Part shown: piece by piece, positions 25,298 to 38,594 of the stretch
Position numbering within the stretch: the first letter of the stretch is position 1
Layout of the letters: each line of letters begins with the position of its first letter
Assembly (NCBI RefSeq): GCF_006345805.1
Contig: NC_043013.1
Location: 4,154,001 to 4,218,000, forward strand
From: Octopus sinensis
Taxonomy: Eukaryota
Direction of reading: 5' to 3'
Length of the DNA stretch: 64,000 bases
Notes under the pieces: generated by a model
The model's database searches: none
Seen by the model: only the letters and a program-made list of their open reading frames with translations
Told to the model about the DNA's origin: nothing
Translations under genes and position numbers: made by a program

Positions 25298-25365
25298 GGA
25301 CACAGAAAAAAACAAGGAGAGAAAAAAATGCGTGTAGTGGGTAACGATTTATCATGGCGTCTGAC

Positions 25366-25407
<42 letters not shown>

Positions 25408-25614
25408 GTGTATACTGGTTGTGGTGCATGTTTAATTCACTTTCTCCATGTTGATAGTCGTTGATGACTGAGATGAACCTCGCGTGACTCGATGAAGGAC
25501 AAAAATGACAAGTCTTATTTGGCGGAGGGCTGGCTGTTGTTGCATCTTAAACACACACACTCACACACACACACACACATACACACATTTCTCTCATATA
25601 TATGAGATTAAGAT

Positions 25615-25850
25615 ATAATGAGCTGTTAGTTAGCGGTAATGAAACAATCGTTAGAATACCGGGAAAATGCTTAGCGGCATTTCGTCCGCCTTTACGGGTC
25701 TGAGTCCAAATTCCGCCGAGGTCGACTTCGCCTTCCACCCTTTCGGGGTCGGTAAAATAAATAGCAGTGCAGTTCAGCACGGGTCGATCTTATCGACCTA
25801 TCCCTCTCCCGAAATTGCTGGCCTAGTACAAAATCTTGAAAGCAATACAA
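25615..25850 (+). mobile_element. SINE family B
   Basis: CCGAGGTCGACTTCGCCTTCCACCCTTTCGGGGTCGGTAAAATAAATAGCAG core. Confidence 0.75.
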
Positions 25851-25879
25851 AAATGTGGTAGTCATATTTTTGAGAAGAG

Positions 25880-26220
25880 TAGTGGTTGCGGGAAATACTA
25901 TCAGAATGAGGCAGGTGACTAATCATATTACGGAGAAGAAGGTGGGGGAAAGGTGAAGTTTGTAATAAGATAAGCTGATAAAAGAGACAATACTGAGAGG
26001 ATTATAGAAGGAGTGGTTTCTTTACAGGGTAAGGGAAATGTAGTGAGAAATGTTGTCGTAATATAGATAGGAAAATGAAAGCGAATTTTTGTAAAGAAGC
26101 AGAAACAATAGAGAAAGATTAAAAGCATGTCAGGTAGTCAGAAAGTATAATTGATGGAAGGTAACATAGATAGAGTGTAACACAGGTAGGCAATAACCGA
26201 AAGAAAACAATGTTACTATA
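25880..26220 (-). mobile_element. Highly degraded CR1/L2-like RT relic
   Basis: Loose resemblance of the minus strand to the PxPKKG..S.PSNYRPISL region; weak. Confidence 0.3.
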
Positions 26221-27357
26221 GTGCTTTAAAGACAAAATAAGAGATAGTAACTGAGAAAAATACAATAAGGGAATAAATAAAGATTTATATAAAAGAATAG
26301 AAAAACAGAAATGGGAAAAAGAAAAGAGAACCTGAGAGAGAGAGAGAGAGGGAGAGAGAGAGAGGGGAGAGAGAGAGAGGGGGAGAAAGAGAGAGGGAGA
26401 GAGAGAGAGAGAGAGAGAGAGATGATTGATAGATATAGGACGGGACGAGAGTGAGTTTAGGATTTAGAGTGTGTGGATGAGGGCGAGGATGAGGTAGAAC
26501 GAAAAAACATGTGGCAACATATGAAACCGATCTGCGAAAATGAGAAAATTAATAAACTTCAATTGACTCCTATTCTGGTCCTCCATATTTTTCTTTAGCC
26601 TCCTCACAACTTTCACTCTTCTATTTTAATCTTATTATCAGATTTCCTTGCTATAATCTCTTCATTCTCCTATTTTCTCATAGAGCTTTTGTCTCTGCTT
26701 TTCACTAATTCGTCCAAACTAACCATTTTTTTTTTCTTCGCTAACGTCTCATTTTCAGTTTTTCTCCTCTCTCCAGATCTCAGCGAAAATAAAATGTCCC
26801 CTCTCAATATCATACTCTGTTATCCATATTTAAATGTTCAGCATCCATCATCTCTCTTATTCATAACTCTTGTTTATTCTCTTCATTACACGTTTAGTTC
26901 TTCTTGCTTCTAATAATCACATTCATTTTTTTTTGTGTGTTTGTGGAAATATTTCAGAAGGCAATTTACGAGCATGTTAGTCACAACTAAGTACAACAAC
27001 CCCAACTTGATTGCCATTCTTTTTCGACTGCAACAATAACAACATTTAAGGTTGGATGTTTGAATTGCTCGTGGTCTACGATATTTGAGAGCAGAGTTAC
27101 CGTCTAAGCGCCATCAGTACACTTAATTTGGATATCGTGGCGAGACTAAGGTTTCCAGTACAGAGCAAAATCTGTGGACCACTGAAAGAGTAGAGCAAAG
27201 GGAAATTCACGCCTGCTCTTCAAAAATGGGAGGAAGACAAGAGAGCAGACCGCACCATCCATGCGGCGTAGCACAAAGTTCGCATAAAGTGCATTGGTGG
27301 TGGCATTGATCCTTGGATAGTTTGCAAATCTGTACTACAGATAGAGAACACCAAGGT

Positions 27358-27638
27358 TGTTGTTTGTTCCTTCTCGAGCCATGCCTAGCTCATAAGGGCC
27401 GGTTTCCCAGTTTCCTTGGCGTATAGGTTCCCCACCTGGACGGAACACCGGTCCGTCGCAGGTGAGCTGCCAGATGTGGCGAAAGAGTCAGCAGAAGTTT
27501 CGCCATTACCTTCTGCCGGAGTTGCGTGGAGCTGAGGTGTTTCGCTCATAAACACACACATCGACCGGTCTGAGATTCGAAAATGCGATCTCTCGACCGT
27601 GAGTCCGCTGCTCTAACCATTAGGCCATGTCCCTCCAC
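27358..27638 (-). mobile_element. tRNA-derived SINE family C' with 12-bp target-site duplication
   Basis: TSD GAACACCAAGGT at 27346-27357 and 27639-27650; tRNA-like head; collinear with 49473-49784. Confidence 0.92.
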
Positions 27639-27859
27639 GAACACCAAGGTGGAAAAAGATGAGTATGCAAATCATGATGCCTCCCACCATGGAAACTTCA
27701 TAACAATCCTTAAGTTATAACATTTTGTGAATGCATAATAAGACGATAGGAATGGTGGTGCAATGCGATGAGTGTAGTTGTTTAAGATGACAGGAAAATA
27801 AAGAGAAGCCATCTGCGAGCTTTTGAACAGAGACGTTGAGAGATTTTAATCTGAAATAT

Positions 27860-28330
27860 GGACTTATGCAGTGGTGGTTTCCAGTTGTTGTTTTTTATTT
27901 TCTTTGTTTTAGCCTTCTACCATTGTTTTGATGCTGTGTTTGATGTTTTAAGTAATATTTCTTGCTTTGGTGATTCCTTCGCTGCTCAAACTTCTCTCCA
28001 AATTTTACATTTCTTGGGGCAGTGTATACGTTTTGTTTTTATTTGCACCAAGGTTTTGATAAAATCATTTTGGGTTGGAGTCAAACTGCTTAAAGAATTA
28101 CTGTCGTTTTAAATACTGACAAATTCATTATGAATTAGCGTGGAGCTTTCTTTACAGACGATCTTTGATTTCGGCTCCTTCTTTTGTGTTCTATTTTTGT
28201 AGCATTTTCTTTTATTTCAACATATTTTTTGCTATTGATTTCATTAAGAATTGGAAGATATTTTCTTTTGTATCTACAGTTGCGCTTTATATATAATTTT
28301 ATTTAGACAGGCGATGTTGATGCTTGTATT
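27860..28330 (-). mobile_element. R4/Dong-clade pre-RT region relic
   Basis: Minus strand KRQ*FFKQFDSNPK*FYQNLG parallels RQNILFKENTKKFYRKLG at ~61490-61545. Confidence 0.5.
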
Positions 28331-28415
28331 TATGGTCACTTTTTGTTGTCGAATTTTATGCATCGGTTATACATTCACTGAACCATAGGACCAATGGCAG
28401 AATCGTTAGAGTTTG

Positions 28416-28790
28416 CAGTTACGCTACCGTTCCAGCAGTTACGATCCATTTCCAGCTGTTACAACCTCGCCCCCTCAGTCACAATCTTCCTTACACCAGT
28501 TACGACCTACCTCCCACCAATTATGACATCTCTCTCACACGTTACGACCTCCCTCCCGCTGGTTATGACTGCCTTCCAGCCGTTAAAACTCCCTCCCACT
28601 ACTTACAATCTTCCTCCCACAGGTTACGGCCTCCCTTCCACTAGTTACATCCTCCCTCTCACTACTTGCAATTCCCATCCACCAGCTACGATCTCCCTCC
28701 CCGCAGTTACGAAATTCTTTCTTCTCAGCAGTTACGACATCCCTCCCTCTCAGCAGTTACGACGTCTCTCTCACAAGTTACGACTTCCCT
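28416..28790 (+). repeat. Degenerate ~21-bp minisatellite, consensus about CCAGTTACGACCTCCCTCCCA
   Basis: About 17 imperfect units anchored on GTTAC(G/A)A; reads as (S/T)YDLPPT-like heptads in ORFs 28324-28644 and 28394-28852. Confidence 0.85.
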
Positions 28791-29989
28791 CTCTGCACTT
28801 AAGTAGACCTAATAACCAATCTTTGCGATTGCCTTCCCTCCTGATTAAATGATAAAAAAGTCTTTGGTTTGTAATTCTCCAATTATTTCCAGATTTATAA
28901 TTTTCAGTTTTTAAATATGCTTTATGTTCACTTTTATTTATATTTTTGTTTGTGTTATTCTTATACAGTTTTTGTTGGCCAATATTCTATGGTTGTTTAA
29001 GGGTTTGTGTTATTCATTTTACAGTTTTTATAGTTTATTTCTCTTACTTGGGGTTTCGATTATTTTCTTTGTTTTAGATGTTATATTTCAAATTCTTTTT
29101 TTCTTTTCATTTTGATAATGTATCGCTAGTTTGTCGAGGTCCAACGATACATTTAAACCTGGGCCATTCCTCACCAAATTTAATGTAAATCCAGTCAGCA
29201 CCGTGAAATATATTTATCATTTTGGGCAGAATATCGCTGTGAAATATCCATGTCGAACAGAAACATTCCTGTTGTGTCCTTTTTTGTGTTATTTGTGCGA
29301 AGTGAGGAGTAAATCCGACTTGAATTTATATTTCTGTTGTCATCATATTTGTCGGGTGACGGTTTATTAATTTCCGTTGACATAGAATTTTGCGCGCATA
29401 TTTCGTACGCATTCAGCGCATGCGTTCTATTAATAACGTTGCGCTGAAACGATTTTATCTTTGAATTGTTAGTAATGTCCTCGAGCATTGTGGAGCTATG
29501 CCGAACAGCTGCTACCACCTGTAGGACGGGAAGAGCTAGTAGTTTCCATTTGTTTGGTGGTTATGGCGAAACAGGTTATGTGGTAGACACGACTGAAAAG
29601 ATTGAAAACAGAAACTTTAGTTGTCGGCCAGGCCCTCGTCGACTTTTTCTAGTTCTACTTGGAAATGAAAGTGACGGTCGATAGATCAAAAATGCAAAAT
29701 GGATATCACTGACTAACTCAACAGCCTGCTACGATTCCTTGCATGAGAGGCCACAGCAAATCCCACAACAGCAGCAGAAATTCGAGAAGCGAGACGATTG
29801 GCAACGTGGGAGGGTGTTTGAAGGGGCAAATCGCTTGGCTTGGATGATTTGCCCTATGAACTTTGCTTTTATATACCAGACATGTTTTGAGAATCATTGG
29901 CAGACATCTACAGCAACTGGCAGTAGAACAGGAGAAGCTCCAGTTATAGGAATTAACGAGTGGTATTGCTGTTGAGAAAGGATTCCAAC

Positions 29990-30260
29990 AATGGGTATCA
30001 CATAGATAAATTTTGACCCATAATTCTGTTAAGCGCTGATATCAAAAGTTTGACCAAGGTGTTCGGAAAAGAGGTTGTCGTCGGTAGTTTAATGGGTGAT
30101 GCACAAACGTGCATTAAACCGGAAGATCTATCCCTCTCGTCTCTTCTATATGTACTGGCTCTACTGTAGAAATTGGAGGCATTGAGAGGTATTCAACGCG
30201 AAATGCGATGTTGATGAACCGTGTTGGAATAGGCGGACGACGCATCCGCCAAAATGTCGA
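29990..30260 (+). mobile_element. Tx1/L1-clade RT relic
   Basis: ADIKSLTKVF...LMGDAQTC...LSSLLYVLAL.*KLEALRGI, the same family style as 54955-57920. Confidence 0.55.
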
Positions 30261-30383
30261 ATACTAGGCCCAGAGACCTTATCAGCACTGCTCTAAAGGA
30301 AAACGAGACGGTGACAAGAGCAAAAATTAACCAAGAAAAGTTCCCCCCACTCATTATTATTATTATTATTGTTGTTGTTGTTG

Positions 30384-30479
<96 letters not shown>

Positions 30480-30481
<2 letters not shown>

Positions 30482-30690
30482 GTGCTGGCAGAATCATTAG
30501 CACACTGGACGGAATACTTAGCGGTATTTTGCCTGTTGCTACGTTCTCAGTTCAAATTCTGCTAAGGTTGACTTCACCTTTCATCCTTTCAGAGTCAATA
30601 AATTAAGTAACAGTGAAACACTGGGGTCAATGTAATCGACTATTCTCCTCCCACCAAATTTCAGGCCTTGTGTCTATAGTAGAAAAGATC
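30480..30690 (+). mobile_element. SINE family B embedded in (TTA)n/(TTG)n arrays
   Basis: GTGCTGGCAGAATCATTAGC head, B core, (ATT)n on both sides. Confidence 0.85.
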
Positions 30691-30786
30691 ATCATCATTA
30701 TTATTATTATTATTATTATTATTGTTGTTGTTGGTGTTGTTGTTGTTGTTGTTGTTATTATTATTATCATCATCATCATCATCATC

Positions 30787-30824
<38 letters not shown>

Positions 30825-30826
30825 TA

Positions 30827-30900
<74 letters not shown>

Positions 30901-30904
30901 CTTC

Positions 30905-33155
30905 GTAACACAGTGTAGGTAAAAATGCACCGGGGTCTTTAGTCATCTGTCAAGTCACAAAAAGGACCTCAGACAGATAATAACTTTCCTTAAGACGTGC
31001 GCTGTACCCAATAAGGCTGCTTTTTGCAAGACATCAATCTTGCATGGGATTTCCAGTTGCCTTAAGAAGTCTTGAAGTTTCAATGGAATTGAGTCCAACC
31101 ACTGGTATCACTTTTACATTACCCTCTTGCATTCCATAAAGTCTTGCCATTTCCACTTTCAATTAGGAGTACTTGGTGATTTTTTCAACCTCTTTACTCA
31201 CAAAATTCATGTCATTTGGTATAGCTACATCAATGATCTGTGAGTATTTGTCTCTCTTATTCAATATGACAATATCCAACCGACGGTGTTCGATTACACG
31301 ATCCGTCAGAAAACCATAGTCCCAGAATATCTTTACTTTTCAATCCTCCTGCATAACTTTACTTGGTATATGCTCATACCAATTCTCTGTTAAGTCATAT
31401 CTGTATTTACGGCATAAGAGCCAATGAAGATACACACAAACACTTTATCGCGGTGGTGTTTGTATTCTTTTTGTGCAAGGCTCTCACATCCATTTATCAA
31501 GTGGGTCACATTTTTCACACTCTTTCCACAGAGTCTGCATTTCTGGGTCTCAGAAGTTTTTATCGATGTTATACTTCACTGAATTGGTAGTGAGAGCCTG
31601 GTCTTGTGCAGCAATGAACAGGCTTTCGGTAGTACCCTTGAAATCACCTCGCTCAAGCCATGCCCACGATGCCGTATTATCCTTAACGTCTTGTGTATTC
31701 CTTTCAAACTGTCCATGCATTCTCATTTCAAGAAAGTCTTCTTTTCTCTTCTCCTCAGCTCTTTGGTTAAACTCTGCCTTGCCCATCATTTCATCTGCAT
31801 TTATCTCCATATCTTTCGCAGCGTATTGCAACAGGTCTTCATCACTATTTATCAAATACTCAGCAAAAGTGCCCTTTCACTCCTTTATACAATGGTCTAT
31901 ACTAATTAGTCCTCTGCCACCATTCTTTCTTTTCATATACAGTCCGTTTACGTTTGCTTTAGGGTGTAGGGCCCGAGGCAGCGTCATCAACTTTCTCGTC
32001 CTTCTATCCAGTGTTGATATTTCCTCTTTACTCCATTTGATGATGGACGCACTATATCTGACCACCGCAACTGACTGCCCAGACATTCATTGCAGTAATC
32101 AAATGTTTAGCATTCACGTTGGATTTAAACGCCATCATCACCCTTTTTTGATATGCCTCGCTGACTTTGACTTTCATTTCTCTGTGTAGAATGTCATCCA
32201 GCACCAAAATCCCTAAATATCTATACCCACTACCGTCAGGTTCACCTATGGTCTCTCCTGATGTTAACCGCAATCCTCTGCAGGCTGCTTTCTTCCCTCT
32301 TCTCATATTAAGTACTGAGCATTTGGTAATCCCAAGTTCCATACTAATGTTCCTACCACACTTTTGGACTGTTTTGGTTAAGGAATCTATTTGTTTTTCA
32401 GATTTCCCAAACAATTTCAGGTCATCCATAAACAGAAGATGGTTTAATGATTGGCCTTTCTTCCCACATTGGTAACCCATCTTAACTTTCCTAAGTGTCA
32501 TTGTTATGCATATTAGTGTAATTACAAATAGTAACGGAGAAAACGAGTCACCTTGGAAGATTCCCCTTCTAATATTAACTTCTCCAAGGAATACATCACT
32601 TGAGTACAATTTCGTCTTCCACTCTTTCATGCTATGCATCAGAAAATTTGTGATATTGTCTGCAACAACAAAAATCTGCAGGCATTCAGTGATCCAAGAA
32701 TGAGGCATCACATAATATGCCTTCTTAAAGTCAATCCAAGTCATAGACATGTTTGTATGATGTTTTTTTACAATGCCTCAAAACTGTTTTATCGATGACC
32801 AGGTGATCCTTGGTACCCTGAGAATTCTTCCTACATCCTTTATGTTCCCTTGCTAGTATTTCTTCCTGCGCCAGGAAAGTACATGTCTTTGTCTCACATA
32901 TTCTAGTGAATATCTTCCAGATTATGTTTAGGCACGGTAGTTCCCCACAATATATCCCTTTCTTCTATCTTTCACTACAAGTGTTGTCTTCCGAGTCACC
33001 ATCCACCCGGGGACTGTACGTTTTTGGACACACCCATTCAATTGGGCTGCCAGTCTTTCATGCACCGCGTAGCATCTCTTCAGCTAGAAGCCATAAATCC
33101 CATCTGGTCCGTGGGCTTTCCAGTTAAGCACTTTACCCACTTGTTCTTTCACATC
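30905..33155 (-). mobile_element. 5'-truncated R4/Dong-clade non-LTR retrotransposon (RT, CCHC, RLE, 3' end in (AAT)n), disrupted
   Basis: WIDFKKAY..MPHSW, RRGIFQGDSFSPLLF and HLLFMDDLKLF (ORF 32052-32750); AAQDQALTTN; RLE motif HRRLDIV...IIDVAIP; terminal LQKAALLGTAHVLRKV. Confidence 0.93.
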
Positions 33156-33169
33156 ATATGTGCCTATGA

Positions 33170-33830
33170 CAATATTCCTTGAATACCAACTCAATGAAAA
33201 GGGATACAATGCCGCATAGGTGCAGAATGTGTGGGAAGAAGGTCAAAAATATGACTCACATTGTTAGTGCTTGTGAAAGCCTTGCGCAGAAGGAGTACAA
33301 GCGCAGACACAAGGTAGACCAAAACCTTCACTGGCTACTATGCCGGAAGTATGGATGCGAAGCAACGGGTGCCTGGTACCAACATACACTAGAAAAGGTA
33401 ATAGACGAAAAGGGGAAGGCAAAAATTCTTTGGGAATTTGACTTCCAGACAGACAAGCACCGAAGGCTGGACATAGTAGCCTTCAGGAAGGACAAATAAA
33501 AGTGCTTAATAATTGACGTGGCAGTGCCAGGAGATCAACATATAATCATGAAAGAAAGAGAAAAAGATCGATATAGAGACATGAGAATTGAGATCGATAT
33601 GATGTGGTAGCTTCAGGAGTCAAATATAAAGGTTGTCCTTATTGACATTGGAGCATTGGGTTCAATACCACCCAACCTACAGTCGGCATTACTTGAAACA
33701 GCACGATTCTATTGCGTAAAGTACTGTCAGTTTGAGGTCCTTGATGTGACTTGACAGACAAACCCCCGGTAGGCACAATATCTTCAATCAACAACATCAC
33801 GATATTGGACATTAAATAATAATAAGGATG
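33170..33830 (+). mobile_element. R4/Dong-clade 3' fragment (CCHC, RLE, 3' UTR)
   Basis: CRMCGKKVKNMTHIVSACESLAQKEYKRRH...KILWEFDFQTDKHRRLDIV...CLIIDVAVPGD; ends in AAT/GAT repeats. Confidence 0.9.
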
Positions 33831-34099
33831 ATGATGATGATGGTGATTATAACAACAACAACAACAACAATAATAATAATAATAACAAGAGCACTCAGGC
33901 AGCGCAAACCATCGCCAAGGCAACACCAACGTCCTGTCAACGATTAGCCAAAGATGATTTTTAAAATGAGCGGAGACACTTGCTCATTTCTAAGCTTGAC
34001 CCTCCAGTTCGTGGCCAAAGCTTGGTCTTGCGCTGCCAGTATAGTGCTCTCAGCTTTGCACCAAAATTTGAAGCAATTATTATTTGGTTGAAATGTTCT

Positions 34100-34640
34100 T
34101 GTTATTGTATTTATTGTTTACACGTGTTGAGATAAAAAGTCCTCACTGTCCTTTTTCTTGGTATCGTCCTAAATATTTTTGTGCCCTTGTGGACAATAAA
34201 GAATATAATATTATCACCATTATTGTTCTTATATTATGTCTGTTAAGAAGGAAGAAAGTGGTTAAATTTCAGTCAAGTGTTGGAAATATGACTATTGTTT
34301 TGGAGTAGGATATATCCTTAAGCCGATGCTTTTGTGTCTTCACCCTAAACAAGGGTGTATAGCTACAGCATACGTTTGAATGAGGCACCCAAGTGTCTTC
34401 TTTATCAATCGGAAATATATGTGGAATACCGTCCAATAAATATAAGTTGTCATCAACGGTCTCTATAAAACCTCCGATTAAACTCGTGCTATATTCTTCC
34501 ATTTTACTCACATCACAACAATTAAGGAAAGAACAAAATCTAGTACTTATATTATTTCCTAAAGTTAAGCATCGAGTCTACTCGTGGCTTGGTAGAGAAA
34601 TAGAAGGCAACGTGTTTTCTATGTTCTAGCTTTGCACCGT
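34100..34640 (-). mobile_element. Degraded mariner transposase relic
   Basis: DTWVPH (the mariner WVPHEL motif) and a downstream GD..I region resembling IVTGDEKW. Confidence 0.45.
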
Positions 34641-35914
34641 TCATCGCTGACACTCTCTAAGAGTGCCGTGATAGGTTTGTAGTTTCCCTGGGACATGTCA
34701 CTATAATGCTAATTTTATTTTACAACAATGATTACGACATAAGTGCTATTGTGTTGAGTGTAAAACTTTATATATACGAGATCAGGATTTGTCGGTTCCA
34801 AGCACCGTTATTCTCAGTTGTGTGTAATAAGAAATCGACAGTTTAACGAGTGATGTCCCGACCCATTTTCAGCTTTCCTTAGGTTTTAGCACTTATTTTA
34901 ACTAATTCTAACTATACAGTAATTCTAATTATACAGTAATTTATTTTAACAGTAATTCTCATTGTACAGTAATTCTAATTATTTCAAGTTATTGCTAATC
35001 TTTTATTGTCCCCTGGTAGCTGTGCTGGACAGGCGGTGGAAGTTGCTTTTTGCATTTTATAGTCGTATGGCCATTACGGAAGATCTTCGAGTTGGATAGA
35101 CTTTATTCATGTAATATAGAACATCTTTAGTTCGAAACAAATTAGAGATTTGTGGAGAAGGTTTCAGAGCACGTAGAAACGATGGGAAAGTGTCTTACAT
35201 ATTTGCATATGTATAATGTCTTGAAGCTTGCTTCGTAATCGCCTAGTGCTTGTGTCGATCTTATTTCGATCACCCTGCGAAAGGATTTTGAGAGAAACTT
35301 CAGTGGAAGGAAATTGTTGGAAACTTCGTGATATACATCTACATACATGCACATACGTATATACATACATATGCATACAAATATATGCACATACATGCAC
35401 ATGTATATACTTACATATATTCATACATACATGATGGCTGCCCCCTCGTTATCGAGTATGGCCATTGCACGAAGCTTAACTGTTATTGGTGCTGTGATCG
35501 AATGTGACTTTTATTTGCTTTTTAAGGCTACAGCCAGCCATTCAGTTGAGACTCACAGCACCATCAACAATCATGAACAATGTTGTTATCGTGCAATGCC
35601 TGTGCAAGAAGATTGTTTTTAACGTGAGGAAAGACTGTGCACTGAGTCAATTCCACTCACCAAGCAACAGCAGTCATAATCCGAAAAGAAGAACAAATCA
35701 ACATCATCGGTAACCACTGAGCCGCCGGTTTTATGTCGGAGTTATCTCAGTTACCTGAATTACCTTCTCCTAGAAGGATGCCCTAACAAAGGCAAGGAGT
35801 CCTTCACTCCCAATGGTTTAACCGCGCAATCGAGTATTCAGTCCGATTATTTCTATGTCCCCGCACATGATATAGCCTTAAGCCTTAAAAAAAAAATTAC
35901 ACATTTATTGGATG

Positions 35915-36100
35915 GCCGTTGACTCTCAAGAGTTCCTCCGCCCTTTGACGGGTTTTGTTTTTCATCCCGCAGGGTGTCCAATAAATACCCTCCTCACCAA
36001 GCAAGCTTGGTGGGGTTGCCGGTTTAGTCGCCGACGGCCCGACCATGCAACAGATTGTACTGGGTTACATGTTACCAGTAGCACTCGAAAGTGACCTGAT
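35915..36100 (-). mobile_element. RTE-related 5' UTR-like repeat fragment
   Basis: GGACACCCTGCGGGATGAAAAACAAAACCCGTCAAAGGGCGGAGGAACTC resembles RTE leader sequences (from memory, unverified). Confidence 0.35.
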
Positions 36101-36141
36101 ATACATACGTACATACATACATACATACATACATACATACA

Positions 36142-36173
<32 letters not shown>

Positions 36174-36449
36174 AAAAGAAATGTTCGGTGGTACTAATGA
36201 GGGACTCGCAAGAATTTCGTGTCTTACAAGAATGGTGAAATAAATACCAGACTAAGTGTTGATGTTGATTGAAAAAAAGGAAACTTTTTCTCAATTTAAT
36301 GATGTCAATTTCTGTGTAGCATCTCAAGACATTTAAAATGTGAATCATAAACTCATACAAAGAACACATGCATACGCATGCACATACATACGTCTATATA
36401 TATAGACGTGTGTGTGTGTGTGTGCGCGTGTGTGTGTGTATGTGTATAC

Positions 36450-36730
36450 ATGATAGACTCTCCCGTCGAAGACGACGTTTTAGTGTTCGGCTTTTACCGA
36501 ACGACCTGAACAACTGATTTGTTTATAGTGATGAAATCTATGTGCCGCTCACTCCCTCCATCCTATCGACGTTGCCTGAACACTCATCAGGTGTCGAAGT
36601 GACGGCAGAGCAACGTGAGATGAAGTGTTTTGCTCAAGTGCATAGCGCAACGCATCACTCGATCTAGGAATTGAAACCACGACCTTGCGATCGTGAGAGC
36701 AACATTTGAACCACTTGGTCATGAGTCCTC
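36450..36730 (-). mobile_element. tRNA-derived SINE family D
   Basis: Minus strand head ...CCAAGTGGTT...GTCGTGGTTTCAATTCC followed by TTGAGCAAAACACTTCATCTCACGTTGCTC; related copy at 50560-50770. Confidence 0.65.
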
Positions 36731-36737
36731 ACAATAT

Positions 36738-36790
<53 letters not shown>

Positions 36791-37021
36791 CGTAGATGTA
36801 CTTGCATAGCAAGTGACCTGATTTGAGATCGTGTGCTGGAACGAAAACAATTGCAGCGTAGAAGGTGTCTATGAGCCATATATATATATCTATATATATA
36901 TATAACGTTTTTTGATATCGTTTGCAAGATTCTTTATGTGAGTTCGTGTGTTGAAGCATATTCTGTTGTGTCTGGGGAGATTAATTTTCTTTTTGTGCCT
37001 TATAATTTAACACACTCACCG

Positions 37022-37614
37022 TCATTCTTGTAACAAAGAGGTCTCGCCATTTTGGATGCTTGAAAAATAAGAATGAGTCAAAAGAGTGGACCAAAGGAGG
37101 TAACAGGTAGCAAGGGGGCAACTAATTCCTCAGTATAATTTTTGAAGTGGTGAAGGTGTGGTCTGTGTATGAACAGGTTTCCTTTGTTTAGACGTTCTTG
37201 TTAGGAGATTGAATCTTTGCATTGGTATGTTGGAAAGATATGGAAATTCGGCGTTTTTTTCTTGCGCATCTGTCGATATGTTCGCTCAGGGCTATTTGCC
37301 TGTATTGAGGAAAACGAATCTGTTCTTTATGCAGCGTGACTCTGCGTCTCAAAGTAAGGTTCGTTTGCCCCACACAATTGCATCCACAACCTGAGCAAGT
37401 TAGGACATAGATAAGGTTCTGGGAAGCACATGTGAAGTTGGTCAAGTAAAACCTGTTCATACAAAAGTACAGACCACACATTAGTATACAAACTTGACCA
37501 CTTCAAAAATTATACTGAAGCGTTAGTTGACCCCTTGCTACATTTTACCTCCCTAGACTCATTCTTATTTTTCAAGCATCCAAAATGGCAAAACCCCATT
37601 GTCACTAGAATTGA
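37022..37614. mobile_element. Element with ~160-bp terminal inverted repeats (37022-37180 and 37449-37614), MITE/fold-back-like
   Basis: GCCATTTTGGATGCTTGAAAAATAAGAATGAGTC, CAGTATAATTTTTGAAGTGGT and TGTATGAACAGGTTT occur in inverted orientation in both arms. Confidence 0.8.
37188..37460 (-). pseudogene. Penelope-type GIY-YIG endonuclease fragment
   Basis: NFTCASQNLIYVLTCSGCGCNCVGQTNLTLRRRVTLHKEQIR...ALSEHIDRC: LIY...CxxC..(Y)VGQT...R...H GIY-YIG signature with the PLE CCHH residues. Confidence 0.85.
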
Positions 37615-38211
37615 TTACTTCACAATGTCCCTTGGAAAGCTAATTTAAATAGCAAAAACCGATTGGATAACACTACATCCATAAAATATGTATATAGTAA
37701 AAAAAATGGGGTGTTTTGAGGGAGATTTTCCTGCTATTTCTACCAGGTCTTGCTACCATGTAGAGGTCTGAATTTAATTTTCATTAACATATTTGCATTT
37801 CAAAAATTTAACATAATCTTTTCCATAAATGAACTATCGTAAAAGTACGCACACACGTCCATTTCATAAATCTTCTTTCAATTTCTGCTCTCTGCAAATA
37901 AAATTTTTACAGATACAAATGCTAACAAAAATAGGGATTAATGTATAATTTCTTTCTATGTTCATAGTTAGATCAATGTTTTAATGATTAGACAGACGTC
38001 CAATAGAATAGCTCTCAGAAACAGACTTCTTAAAAATTGGTTCTTCACAACTCCTGAAGCTGTTTTCTGATGGGAGGGGAGTCAGGAAATTTTCATACAT
38101 CTGGAGTCTCCAATTGAAACAGGGGGACCCGAAATTATAAGGTTAAGAAACGCTGTTATAGATTATGCCTTACCGAAAACAATCACAGCCACATCATCCA
38201 AACAGATGCTA

Positions 38212-38259
<48 letters not shown>

Positions 38260-38499
38260 ATGTGTGTGTGTGTGTATATATATATGTAAATAATATATAT
38301 GTAGAAATGAGTTGCGACGTCATTGGTGCCAAGCTGTATCGACCTTTGTCTTTCCCTTGGATAACACTGGTGGTGTGGAGAGGGGAGGCCGGTATGCATG
38401 GGCGACTGCTGGTCTTCCATAAACAACCTTGCCCGGACTTGTGTCTAGGAGGGTAACTTTCTAGGTGCAATCCCATGGTCATTCATGACCGAAGGGGGT

Positions 38500-38536
<37 letters not shown>

Positions 38537-38594
38537 TATATACATACATATATGTACATACCTACATATATATATGTATATATACATTCATATA

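Noticed and set aside
28416-28790. CRISPR-like array
   Set aside because: Contiguous degenerate tandem units without unique spacers, in a eukaryotic repeat context with no cas genes
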